Of a stretch of 64,000 bases of DNA, positions 50,609 to 59,849 are shown one piece after another (positions within the stretch are counted from its first letter, which is position 1; each line of letters starts with the position of its first letter). Both the position numbers and the translations under genes were made by a program. The notes beneath the pieces were generated by a model that saw only the letters and a list, made by a program, of their open reading frames with translations, was not told where the DNA came from and did not search any database. This stretch comes from an uncultured Clostridia bacterium. GTDB lineage: Bacteria > Bacillota > Clostridia > TANB77 > CAG-465. The stretch lies in NCBI GenBank assembly GCA_944388545.1, contig CALXJE010000003.1, positions 9,436-73,435 on the forward strand. Reading direction: 5' to 3'.

Positions 50609-51969
50609 TGCCAGATTTTAAATATAGAGCGGTTTTAAGAAATGGAAAAATAATAAGAGGAATTCTTAACGCAAAATCAAAAGCAGAAGTAATACAGATG
50701 ATAAAAGACACTAAAATGACTCCTATATCTATAAATGCAAAGAAAATAAAAAGACCTGCTGTTCAAAAGAAAAAAATAGATTTAAAAAAAATAAGTAAGG
50801 TTGCAGATAAGAATAGTAAAAGATCAAGATCATTTGCTATGAATGCTCCTAAAGGGGCAACATCTAAAAAAGACAAAATTATGTCTATACTTACTTCTGA
50901 TGTAAGTTTTTCAAGAGGTGTTAAGCCAAAAGATGTCCTTATATTTACAAATGCTTTGTATATACTAAAAAAAGCAAAATTTAATAATATAACAGCGCTA
51001 GAATCAGTATACAATAGTACAGAAGATAAAAAGTTAAAAGACATAATTGAAGAAATAATTATAGGAGTTGAATCAGGAGAAACAATATATTCTACTATGG
51101 CGAAATACCCAAATGTATTTCCACCACTTTATGCTAATTTCGTAAAAGTTGGTGAAGAATCAGGGTCACTTGATACAGCACTTCAATATGGTAGACAATA
51201 CATGGAAAGTAGTATAAAGCTTAGAAAAACAATTAGAGGTATATTAATTCCAAAAATATTACTATTTGTTATTGTTATAGCATTAATGATGGTAGCGTTA
51301 TTATTTGGTGCTCCTTTAATAGAAAATGTATATGATATGTTTGGATCTGATAGAGAGCTTCCAGCAGCTACTCAGGCAGCTATAGCATTTTCTGAAGCTA
51401 TAATAAATAATTGGTATATTGTTTTAGGTGTTATAGTAGCAATTTATATAGGATTTAGAGTATATATATCTACACCTATGGGTAGATATAATTGGGATAA
51501 ATTAAAAATTAAATTCCCTATATTTGGAAGGCTAAACTTGAATATTTTAACAAATAAATTCTTCCAGGCAATGTCACTTAACTTAAGAAACGGAATGAGA
51601 TTACAAGATAGTTTAGAGATTTCAAAAAGTGTTACTAATAACTATTATTTCCTAGCTCTTATAGAGACAGGAAAAAACAATCTTTTATCTGGAGGAACTT
51701 GGGTTGACCCATTTGAAATAGAAGGGGCATTTTCTCCTATGATTTTAGAAATGATTAATATAGGTATGCAAACAGACCTTGTTGAGATGATGTCTAAAAT
51801 AGAAGAGTATGTTGAAGAAGAAATTAATGAATCAATTAATAGAATTATTAAGATACTACCAGATTTAATGTATGTATTCGTAGGTATTGTACTTATAATA
51901 TTCGTAATAACAGTAATGATTCCACTTATAGATGTATACATGGGAGGATTCTTATTTGATACATTATAA
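50608..51969 (+). CDS. pilC: type IV pilus platform protein PilC (GspF family)
   Basis: Two T2SSF repeats with 3 TM segments. The GTG start overlaps the pilT stop, after a GGAGGGG RBS. Confidence 0.85.
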   Translation: MPDFKYRAVLRNGKIIRGILNAKSKAEVIQMIKDTKMTPISINAKKIKRPAVQKKKIDLKKISKVADKNSKRSRSFAMNAPKGATSKKDKIMSILTSDVSFSRGVKPKDVLIFTNALYILKKAKFNNITALESVYNSTEDKKLKDIIEEIIIGVESGETIYSTMAKYPNVFPPLYANFVKVGEESGSLDTALQYGRQYMESSIKLRKTIRGILIPKILLFVIVIALMMVALLFGAPLIENVYDMFGSDRELPAATQAAIAFSEAIINNWYIVLGVIVAIYIGFRVYISTPMGRYNWDKLKIKFPIFGRLNLNILTNKFFQAMSLNLRNGMRLQDSLEISKSVTNNYYFLALIETGKNNLLSGGTWVDPFEIEGAFSPMILEMINIGMQTDLVEMMSKIEEYVEEEINESINRIIKILPDLMYVFVGIVLIIFVITVMIPLIDVYMGGFLFDTL

Positions 51970-52047
51970 AAAAGACAATAAAGTAATTATATAAAATAAA
52001 TTGGTGATAAATATTTGATAGCTATAAATCAATAAAAATTAGTATAG

Positions 52048-52077
52048 TTGAAATTTATATATAAAATATGATATAAT
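52048..52077 (+). promoter_or_regulatory. sigma-A-type promoter candidate for murB
   Basis: TTGAAA-N18-TATAAT with a TG extension (TGATATAAT). A hairpin at 52079..52107 follows in the leader. Confidence 0.4.
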
Positions 52078-52147
52078 ACACCCAGCATATAAATAATATG
52101 CTGGGTACCTTAATATTATATAGTATAAAAGATTGTGAGGATTGTAT

Positions 52148-53056
52148 ATGTTAAATATATCAAATATAGTAGATGTAATAGATAATTCAAAAGTTAAATT
52201 TAACGAACCTATGAGTAATCATACTACTATAAAAGTAGGTGGAAAAGCAGATGTCTTAGTTGTTCCAACTACAAAAGAGGATATAATTAATGTACTAAAA
52301 TTCGCAAAGGAAAATTCTATACCTGTTACTGTTATCGGTAATGGAAGTAAACTTTTGGTAAGAGATAAGGGTATAAGAGGTATAGTAATAAAAATAAGTA
52401 GCAAATTTAGTGATTATAAAATAGAAGAAAATAAAGTCATAGTATGTGCAGGAATGTCTATGCCTAAATTATCTAGGATTGTTATGAAGGAAGGATTATC
52501 AGGACTTGAATTTGCATGTGGAATACCGGGTGTTGTAGGCGGTGGAATTAGAATGAATGCAGGGGCTTATGGTGGAGAAATTTCAGACGTGCTTGTAAAT
52601 ACTACATACATAGATGATAACTTAAACATTAAAATACTAGACCATAAAGATCACAATTTTTCATATAGATATAGTTATTTTAAGGATCATCCATCTTTCG
52701 TTATAATTTCAGCAGAATTTAAATTAGTTAAAAAAGATATAGTAGAAATACAAAAAGAAATGGATAAAAATTCTGCATCAAGAAAAGAAAAACAGCCATT
52801 AGAATTTCCTAATGCAGGTAGTACATTTAAAAGACCAGAGGGCTTTTTTGTAGGAACTATGATAGACGAACTAGGTCTTAAGGGATATAGTATAGGTGGG
52901 GCAGAAATATCTACTAAGCATGCGGGATTTATAATAAATAAAGGCCAAGCTACAGCAGATGATGTTATATCATTAATGGAATATATTAAAGATAAAGTAT
53001 TTAAAAAATATGGTGTAAAACTTGAAAATGAAATAGAGGTAATAGGAGAAGAATAA
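52148..53056 (+). CDS. murB: UDP-N-acetylenolpyruvoylglucosamine reductase
   Basis: FAD-binding domain (TIKVGGKADVLVVP, GNGSKLLV) and a C-terminal MurB domain (PNAGSTFKRP). The ATG at 52148 follows GTGAGGA. Confidence 0.9.
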   Translation: MLNISNIVDVIDNSKVKFNEPMSNHTTIKVGGKADVLVVPTTKEDIINVLKFAKENSIPVTVIGNGSKLLVRDKGIRGIVIKISSKFSDYKIEENKVIVCAGMSMPKLSRIVMKEGLSGLEFACGIPGVVGGGIRMNAGAYGGEISDVLVNTTYIDDNLNIKILDHKDHNFSYRYSYFKDHPSFVIISAEFKLVKKDIVEIQKEMDKNSASRKEKQPLEFPNAGSTFKRPEGFFVGTMIDELGLKGYSIGGAEISTKHAGFIINKGQATADDVISLMEYIKDKVFKKYGVKLENEIEVIGEE

Positions 53057-53092
53057 CGAAGATGATTTATTATTTAAGAAAAGAGGATAAAA

Positions 53093-54673
53093 ATGCGAAT
53101 ATTATTAGAATGGCTTAGACCAGGAGTAAAGATAAAAAGATATATATTAATGCAATTAGTATTTATATCAACGTTGGTATATTCAATATCAACATTAGTA
53201 ACAAGAGACAATATGTCGCTTAAAACTCTTATAGCGTATATTGCCCTTATAACAGTGTCAATTTTTATGACAATTTATTCATTTATATTAGCTCAAAGAA
53301 GTGTTCTTATGGCAACACTTAAAGGATTAGCATATAAAGGTAAAAATGTAGATATAAGAAGATTGTTATATACAGAAAGTGTTCTTAAAAAAGGACCTAA
53401 GGTTGTAATAATAGGTGGAGGAAAAGGATTATCCAATATATTAAGTGGATTAAAAGAATACACATCTAATATTACATCAATAGTATCAACATTTGATGAT
53501 GGAGGAAGTACAGGAAGACTTATGCAGCAGATGGACATACTTCCACCAGGAGATATCAGAAAATCTATAATTGCTTTATCAGAAGCAGGACCTGTTATGG
53601 AAAGTTTACTTAGTTATAGATTTTCAGAAGGTAAAGTAGATAACCATTCTTTAGGGAATCTATTTTTAGCAGCTCTTACAGAGATAACAGGTAGTTTTCC
53701 AGAAGCTATTCAAAAAATGTCAGATATATTTAATGTAAGAGGAAATATTTTACCTGTAACCATAGGAAAGGCAAAATTATGTGCAGGGCTTGAAAATGGG
53801 GAAATAGTTGTAGGTGAAGATAATATAAGACCAAGAGTATTAGAATCAAAAAGTAAAATAAAGCAGATATTTTTAAAAGACGGAGAAGTTACACCAGCAG
53901 ATGGGGTTATAGAAAGTATAAGAAATGCTGATGTTGTAGTTATAGGGCCAGGAAGTTTATATACTAGTGTAGCATGTAATTTTTTAGTAAATGATTTAGG
54001 TAAAGCTGTAATGCAAACAAAGGCAAAAAAAATATTTATATCTAACCTTATGAATGAACCTGGTGAGACTTTAGGATATACACTTGCTAAACATGTTAAT
54101 GAAATAGAAAGATATATAGGTAAACATGTACTTGATTATTGTATTTGTAACAATGGTGAAATTACTAAAGATATGATAAAAGACTTTAATCAAGGAGAAT
54201 CTACTCCCGTTACCATTGATTTAGACAATATACAAAACAGAGCAATTTCTATAATCCAAGAAGATTTAGTTGTAACTGCTCCTGGAGCAATACTACATGA
54301 TAATCATAGGGTGGCTGAAATAATAATTGAAATAGCCAAGAGAAAAAAAGGTGGAAAATTAAATTTACTAAAAATCAAGAAAAAACATAAAGTAGTAGCA
54401 AAAAAACTAAATAATAAAGAAAAGACAGAAGCTAAAGCTAAGTCTAAAGCTGCTTCTAAAAAAATAGAAGATATTAATATTTCTGAAATAACTGCTAAAA
54501 AACATAAAGATGCAATAAAAAAAGCAGAGTCAAAAGTAGCTTCAAAAAATAAAAACACGGTTAAGAATAATACTGCTAAAAAAAATACTAAAGTGGATGC
54601 AGCAAAGAATTTAGAAATTAAAAATGAGGTAAAAAAAATAACAGCAAAAACAAAGTCTACTACTAAGAAATAA
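53093..54673 (+). CDS. YvcK/CofD-family (UPF0052) protein with N-terminal TM segments and Lys-rich C-terminal tail
   Basis: The core GGGKGLSNILSGLK...FDDGGSTGRL...GPGSLYTSV matches the gluconeogenesis-factor YvcK family. It is preceded by ~90 aa with two hydrophobic helices and followed by a ~110-aa K/A/N/T-rich tail. Confidence 0.75.
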   Translation: MRILLEWLRPGVKIKRYILMQLVFISTLVYSISTLVTRDNMSLKTLIAYIALITVSIFMTIYSFILAQRSVLMATLKGLAYKGKNVDIRRLLYTESVLKKGPKVVIIGGGKGLSNILSGLKEYTSNITSIVSTFDDGGSTGRLMQQMDILPPGDIRKSIIALSEAGPVMESLLSYRFSEGKVDNHSLGNLFLAALTEITGSFPEAIQKMSDIFNVRGNILPVTIGKAKLCAGLENGEIVVGEDNIRPRVLESKSKIKQIFLKDGEVTPADGVIESIRNADVVVIGPGSLYTSVACNFLVNDLGKAVMQTKAKKIFISNLMNEPGETLGYTLAKHVNEIERYIGKHVLDYCICNNGEITKDMIKDFNQGESTPVTIDLDNIQNRAISIIQEDLVVTAPGAILHDNHRVAEIIIEIAKRKKGGKLNLLKIKKKHKVVAKKLNNKEKTEAKAKSKAASKKIEDINISEITAKKHKDAIKKAESKVASKNKNTVKNNTAKKNTKVDAAKNLEIKNEVKKITAKTKSTTKK

Positions 54674-54712
54674 AAATAATTATTAAAACATAAGAAGAGG
54701 TAATGTAAGGAT

Positions 54713-56536
54713 ATGAGTATATACAAAAAAGGAATTAATAAATTAGAACAATGTAAAGATATTGAATTTACGATGTCAAATAATTGTGGTGTATACATGA
54801 ATTTAACCGTGATAGGGGAAAACAGCTCTCCTTACCACGGTTTATTCATAAAGCAAGACGAAGAAAATGATGAAATATATTTGTCTAAACTAATAGAACA
54901 AATAAAAATAGGGTCAAAAACATATTATATTAAAGATATAGTTACAAATGAAGAAAAATATGGTGGAGCAGAATATTTAGAAGAGTTTGATAGATACCCC
55001 GTTCCTATTATGAGATATAATATAGAAAATGAGATAAATATGGAAAAAAGATATATATTTGACGTGCAAAGCAATGTACTTTGCGTAGATTATACTATCG
55101 AAAATTTATCTAAAACAAATAGTAATATTAAAATATTACCACTTACTACAAAAAGAGGATTATTTACTACCAAAAGAGAAAGTATGCTTAAATTTAATAC
55201 AGATCACCTAAGTGATGGAGTAAAAGTTACTCTTAGTATAACACAAAATAAATTTTTGTATTTAAAAAGTTTAGACGCTAAATTTAAACAAAAACCACAT
55301 TATATAAATGGTATAAAATATAGTTATAAAGTTACTAAAGATGAGGAGAAGATGTATATTGAAGATGTATATGTTCCAGGATATTTTGAGTTTAACGTAA
55401 AAGCAAATTCAAAACAAAATATTCAAATATATATATCTTGTGATAATATTAATATAGAAGATGAAATATATAGTGTAAGTAATTTGTATAATAAACAAGT
55501 AGAGAAAAATAAAATGTTAACTGTAGGGATAGAAGAAAGTTTTTTCGAGCTTAAATCTTTAGCAATGACAGCATCGGAACTTAGTTATATAGATAAGATA
55601 GATAAGAAATTTATTCTACTTAAAAGTTTGCCAAATATTCAAAATAAATCAGAATATTTAAAACATATAATAAAATCTATAGAAGGAAATTATATACTTC
55701 TCAATAAGTTTAAAGAAGCATATAAGATATTACAAGGTATAAAATATAGGTTAGAAAATGAAAAAGAAAATTATAATAAGTTAGAGTATTATGAAACTTT
55801 GTTAGTATACATAGAAGCGTTAAATAAATATGCTAATTCTGACAAAGCTTTAAAATCAGAAAAACAAGAAATATATAGCTATATAAAAGAGAAGATAGAT
55901 GAAATTTTAAATTTAAATAATGAAAATAGAATAATAGATGATAGTTATATTGTAAATATTGAAAATAAAAGATATCTTTTAATAAATATTTATTGGTATA
56001 ATGCGTTAAGAATTTATTTAAATATTACTAATGACAATATTAATAAAATATATGAAATTACAGAAAAATTAAAAGATAATTTGATTGATACATTTTTTGA
56101 TGATACTGCTAAAGTTCTAAAATATGAGGCTTCAGAGGAAGCTTATGCTAATTCTGACATGCTATTTGCGATGGATTTAACTTATCCATTAATTTATGAT
56201 AAAATATCTATGAAAGTAATAGACACAGCATTTAAAGAGCTATATACTCCTTATGGGATAAGAAAGTTTGCTATTAATTCTGATAAATATGATGGATATG
56301 TATATCCACATTTAATGACTACATTTGTAAATAGTAACTTGAGACAAAATGGAGTTACTAGAGCAACACAAAAGATATCATATAATCTAGTTAAAGAACT
56401 TTTAGCAGAAATAAATAAAGAAACAGTAGGGACAGTAAAATATAAATATGACGAGAAAACTAAAAAAGCATATGGTATGCCTGTAAATGCACTTACAAAT
56501 GCAGAACTTATTAGATTATATAATATGCTTACATAA
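54713..56536 (+). CDS. glycogen-debranching-enzyme-like protein (amylo-alpha-1,6-glucosidase family, divergent; tentative)
   Basis: The N-terminal FTMSNNCGVYMNLTVIGENSSPYHGLFI resembles the GDE_N motif (TNGLGGY...G.NTRRYHGLL). The 607-aa length and helical C-terminal half are consistent with an (alpha/alpha)6 barrel. Confidence 0.4.
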   Translation: MSIYKKGINKLEQCKDIEFTMSNNCGVYMNLTVIGENSSPYHGLFIKQDEENDEIYLSKLIEQIKIGSKTYYIKDIVTNEEKYGGAEYLEEFDRYPVPIMRYNIENEINMEKRYIFDVQSNVLCVDYTIENLSKTNSNIKILPLTTKRGLFTTKRESMLKFNTDHLSDGVKVTLSITQNKFLYLKSLDAKFKQKPHYINGIKYSYKVTKDEEKMYIEDVYVPGYFEFNVKANSKQNIQIYISCDNINIEDEIYSVSNLYNKQVEKNKMLTVGIEESFFELKSLAMTASELSYIDKIDKKFILLKSLPNIQNKSEYLKHIIKSIEGNYILLNKFKEAYKILQGIKYRLENEKENYNKLEYYETLLVYIEALNKYANSDKALKSEKQEIYSYIKEKIDEILNLNNENRIIDDSYIVNIENKRYLLINIYWYNALRIYLNITNDNINKIYEITEKLKDNLIDTFFDDTAKVLKYEASEEAYANSDMLFAMDLTYPLIYDKISMKVIDTAFKELYTPYGIRKFAINSDKYDGYVYPHLMTTFVNSNLRQNGVTRATQKISYNLVKELLAEINKETVGTVKYKYDEKTKKAYGMPVNALTNAELIRLYNMLT

Positions 56537-56554
56537 AAGAAAAGAGGGATTGTT

Positions 56555-57118
56555 TTGATAATACTTGGAATTGATCCTGGATTTGCAAGACTTGGTTATG
56601 GAATAATTGAATATTCTAATAATAAATATAAAACGATAGAGTATGGAACAATATCTACTAAGGCTTCTGAGCCATTACACGAAAGATTAAAAAAGATAAA
56701 TACAGATTTAAAAGAAATAATAAACAGATACAAAATAGATGCTGCATCTATAGAAGAATTATTTTTTAATACAAATACTAAGACTGCTATACATGTTGCG
56801 GAGGCAAGAGGCGTAATACTTTATACTTTATCAGCAGCGGGTATTGATATATTTGAATATACACCACTTCAAGTAAAACAAGCTTTAGTTGGTTATGGTA
56901 GAGCAGATAAACTGCAGGTAAAAGAAATGGTAAAAAACTATCTAAAATTAACTTCTATGCCAAAACTAGATGATACAACTGATGCACTTGCACTTGCAGT
57001 ATGTCATTCACACAGCTGTAAATATGATAGTTTAACAGAAGTAAAAGGAAAAAATAAATTAGAGATACTAATTAAGGAATATGAAAGCAAAAAGAAAGCC
57101 AATACTAGTAAAAAGTAA
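56555..57118 (+). CDS. ruvC: crossover junction endodeoxyribonuclease RuvC
   Basis: ILGIDPG catalytic N-terminus, EELFF, and DDTTDALALAVCH. TTG start after AGAGGGA. Confidence 0.85.
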   Translation: MIILGIDPGFARLGYGIIEYSNNKYKTIEYGTISTKASEPLHERLKKINTDLKEIINRYKIDAASIEELFFNTNTKTAIHVAEARGVILYTLSAAGIDIFEYTPLQVKQALVGYGRADKLQVKEMVKNYLKLTSMPKLDDTTDALALAVCHSHSCKYDSLTEVKGKNKLEILIKEYESKKKANTSKK

Positions 57119-57178
57119 CAGAAACAATGGATTTACATATAATACACTAAATAGATTTATCTAGGAGGTGTATTTTTT

Positions 57179-58141
57179 ATGTCCTTAGGACTTGCATTAA
57201 GCGGAGGAGGCTCTAAAGGCGCAGCTCATATAGGAGTTTTAGAAGCATTAAAGGATAATAATGTGACAATAGATTATATATCTGGAACGAGTAGCGGTAG
57301 TATAATTGCTGGACTATATGCAGCAGGTTATTCTCCTAATGAAATGCTTAGGATAATTATGAAGAACGCAAAAAATAATAAAATATTAGATTATGATAAA
57401 AAAGCACCATTTAAATTAATGAAACTATTATTTTCAAGAAAAATAAATTTAAGTGGATTTGTAAAAGGTGATAAAATAGAGCAACTTATAAGGGAATATA
57501 TGTTAAACAAAAATATAAGAGATATATCTGATTTTAAAATGCCAATTTCTATACCAATTGTTAACGTTAGAACAGGAGAAGTAGTATATTATACAAATAG
57601 TAGAGTCAGAACTTTAAACGAAGAAGAAACTATGCAAGAGGAATGCTGTGAAGACTATTTTAATAATGGTGATTATGTTGGGAAAGGAACGTATAATAAA
57701 AATAAGCATTACGATGATATTCCAGAATATAGATATAAAGGAGATATTGCGGATATAATAAGAGCCAGTATAAGTTTTCCAGGTGTTTTTAAACCTAAAA
57801 ATATAGATGGTCAGTTATATATAGATGGTGGAGTAAGGGTTAATACTCCTGTTAATGTTTTAAAACAAATGGGAGCAGATAAAGTAATTGCAGTATCTTT
57901 TGATTGTAATAAAATGAATAAAAATAATTTAAAAAGTTTTATTGGAATAACAAGTCAAGCATATGACCTATTAAGTCATGAAGCAAGTGAGTCAGAAAAA
58001 GAATTTGCAGATATAAATATTAGAGTATGTACAAAAAATGTAACATTATTGGATTTTTCAAAATCAGTTTTTTTAGCAAAAAAAGGATATTATATTGTAA
58101 ATAACAATATTAATTATATAAAATCGCAAATAGGAATATAA
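57179..58141 (+). CDS. patatin-like phospholipase
   Basis: Oxyanion GGGSKGAAHIGV, the nucleophile elbow GTSSGS, and the catalytic Asp motif IDGGV. Confidence 0.8.
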   Translation: MSLGLALSGGGSKGAAHIGVLEALKDNNVTIDYISGTSSGSIIAGLYAAGYSPNEMLRIIMKNAKNNKILDYDKKAPFKLMKLLFSRKINLSGFVKGDKIEQLIREYMLNKNIRDISDFKMPISIPIVNVRTGEVVYYTNSRVRTLNEEETMQEECCEDYFNNGDYVGKGTYNKNKHYDDIPEYRYKGDIADIIRASISFPGVFKPKNIDGQLYIDGGVRVNTPVNVLKQMGADKVIAVSFDCNKMNKNNLKSFIGITSQAYDLLSHEASESEKEFADINIRVCTKNVTLLDFSKSVFLAKKGYYIVNNNINYIKSQIGI

Positions 58142-58235
58142 TTTAAAAAAAATCAAATAATATTTGCATAATTAATTTTTTATGGTATAATTGTTAGCAG
58201 GTAATAATTATATGTTGTTAGGAGGAAAGATAATT

Positions 58236-58772
58236 GTGAGTCCGATGGAAAATTATGCAAAATTGCAAGAGTTATGTATAAACATAAGACCAATAGGTAA
58301 AACAAAAGCTTTAGATAATGTGGACTACGAATTCTATTTCGCTATTTCGGACATATTATCTAACAAAGTTGTAATGTCTTCAGATGCTATAATGCATCAT
58401 TCTAAAACGTCTTGCTATAGACATATGTTTAATGTAGCATACTATAGTTATAAAATGTGTAAAGCATTAAAATTAGACTATGTAGCGGCTGCAAGGGGTG
58501 CTATGCTTCATGATTTGTATTTGTATACATGGCATAAGGAAAGAGGAGTAATCATAGAAATTTTAAAGAGGCATCCGTGGATACATCCTAAAATAGCACT
58601 TCAAAATTCAACTAAGTATTTTGAGTTAAATGACGTTGAAAAAGACATTATTAGAAACCATATGTGGCCAGTTACCATTAAACTTCCTAAATATGCAGAG
58701 ACGCTTATTGTTAGTATTGCTGACAAATTCTGTTGTGTAATGGAAGTGTTTCACGATTTATTTAAAAGATAA
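58236..58772 (+). CDS. HD-domain phosphohydrolase
   Basis: H...HD metal-binding pattern (CYRHMFNVA...AMLHDLY). The GTG at 58236 lies 9 nt after GGAGGA, and I prefer it to the track start at 58191. Confidence 0.65.
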   Translation: MSPMENYAKLQELCINIRPIGKTKALDNVDYEFYFAISDILSNKVVMSSDAIMHHSKTSCYRHMFNVAYYSYKMCKALKLDYVAAARGAMLHDLYLYTWHKERGVIIEILKRHPWIHPKIALQNSTKYFELNDVEKDIIRNHMWPVTIKLPKYAETLIVSIADKFCCVMEVFHDLFKR

Positions 58773-58883
58773 GAATATATGTTAATCATAAATTCTTATC
58801 TTTTATTATAAACTTAAAAAATATAATATATTTACATACCTTTTAAGTCATGATATAATTTAAACATAATTAGGAGGTATGTA

Positions 58884-59765
58884 ATGTTTTTTTCTAAAAT
58901 AAAAGAAAGTTTTTCAACTAGAATAAATAGCATATTTGGTTCAAATAAAGAAACAGATCAAATAATAGATGAGATAGAAGAGACTTTAGTTTGTGCAGAT
59001 ATTGGAATAGAGACGTCAATGGAGATATGTGATAATTTAAGAAAAAAATTAAAAAGTGAAAAAGATAAATCAGAAGAAACTATAAAAAGATTGCTAAGAG
59101 AAGAAATGATAAATATATTAAATATACAAGAGACAGATACAGCTAAGGATAATAGCGATAAAAGATGTATTTTAGTAGTAGGAGTAAATGGAGTAGGAAA
59201 AACAACTTCTATAGCTAAACTAGCAAATATGTATAAAAATAAAGGAAAGAGAGTACTTCTTGTAGCAGGAGATACATTTAGAGCAGGAGCGATAGAGCAA
59301 TTACAAATTTGGGCAGATAGATTAGGTATTAATTGCATAACTGGTAAAGAAGGTGCAGATCCATCTTCTGTTATGTTCGAGGGTTCTAAACTTTTTAAAG
59401 ATTCAGATTATGATATATTAATCTGTGATACAGCAGGAAGACTTCATAATAAAAAAAATCTAATGGATGAATTAGATAAAATGAAAAGAACAATAGAGAA
59501 GAATATTAATAAAGACATGATTGAAGTGTATATGGTATTAGATAGTACTACAGGTCAAAATGGTATACTTCAAGTTAAAAGTTTTTATGAAAGAACAAGT
59601 ATAGATGGTTTAATACTTACAAAACTAGATAGCACTTCAAAAGGAGGAGTAGTATTTAGTATCCTTAAGGAATTAAATATTCCTATAAAATACATTGGAA
59701 CTGGTGAAAAAGCAGAGGATATAGCAGAATTTAATGCAAAAGAATTTGTTGAAAGTATAATATAA
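58884..59765 (+). CDS. ftsY: signal recognition particle receptor FtsY
   Basis: SRP-GTPase NG domain: GVNGVGKTTSIAKLA, DTAGR, TKLDSTSKGG. Confidence 0.9.
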   Translation: MFFSKIKESFSTRINSIFGSNKETDQIIDEIEETLVCADIGIETSMEICDNLRKKLKSEKDKSEETIKRLLREEMINILNIQETDTAKDNSDKRCILVVGVNGVGKTTSIAKLANMYKNKGKRVLLVAGDTFRAGAIEQLQIWADRLGINCITGKEGADPSSVMFEGSKLFKDSDYDILICDTAGRLHNKKNLMDELDKMKRTIEKNINKDMIEVYMVLDSTTGQNGILQVKSFYERTSIDGLILTKLDSTSKGGVVFSILKELNIPIKYIGTGEKAEDIAEFNAKEFVESII

Positions 59766-59849
59766 ATATAAAGATGCAATTAAAAATGACTACTTGGCAC
59801 ATAGAAAATTATACGATAATATAAAATTATAAAATAGGAAAAGAGGAAG

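Noticed and set aside
52079-52107. Hairpin ACCCAGCATAT-AAATA-ATATGCTGGGT in the murB leader, considered as a riboswitch or attenuator.
   Set aside because: There is no following T-run and no alternative pairing partner, and it is too small to assign a class. It is noted only as part of the promoter feature.
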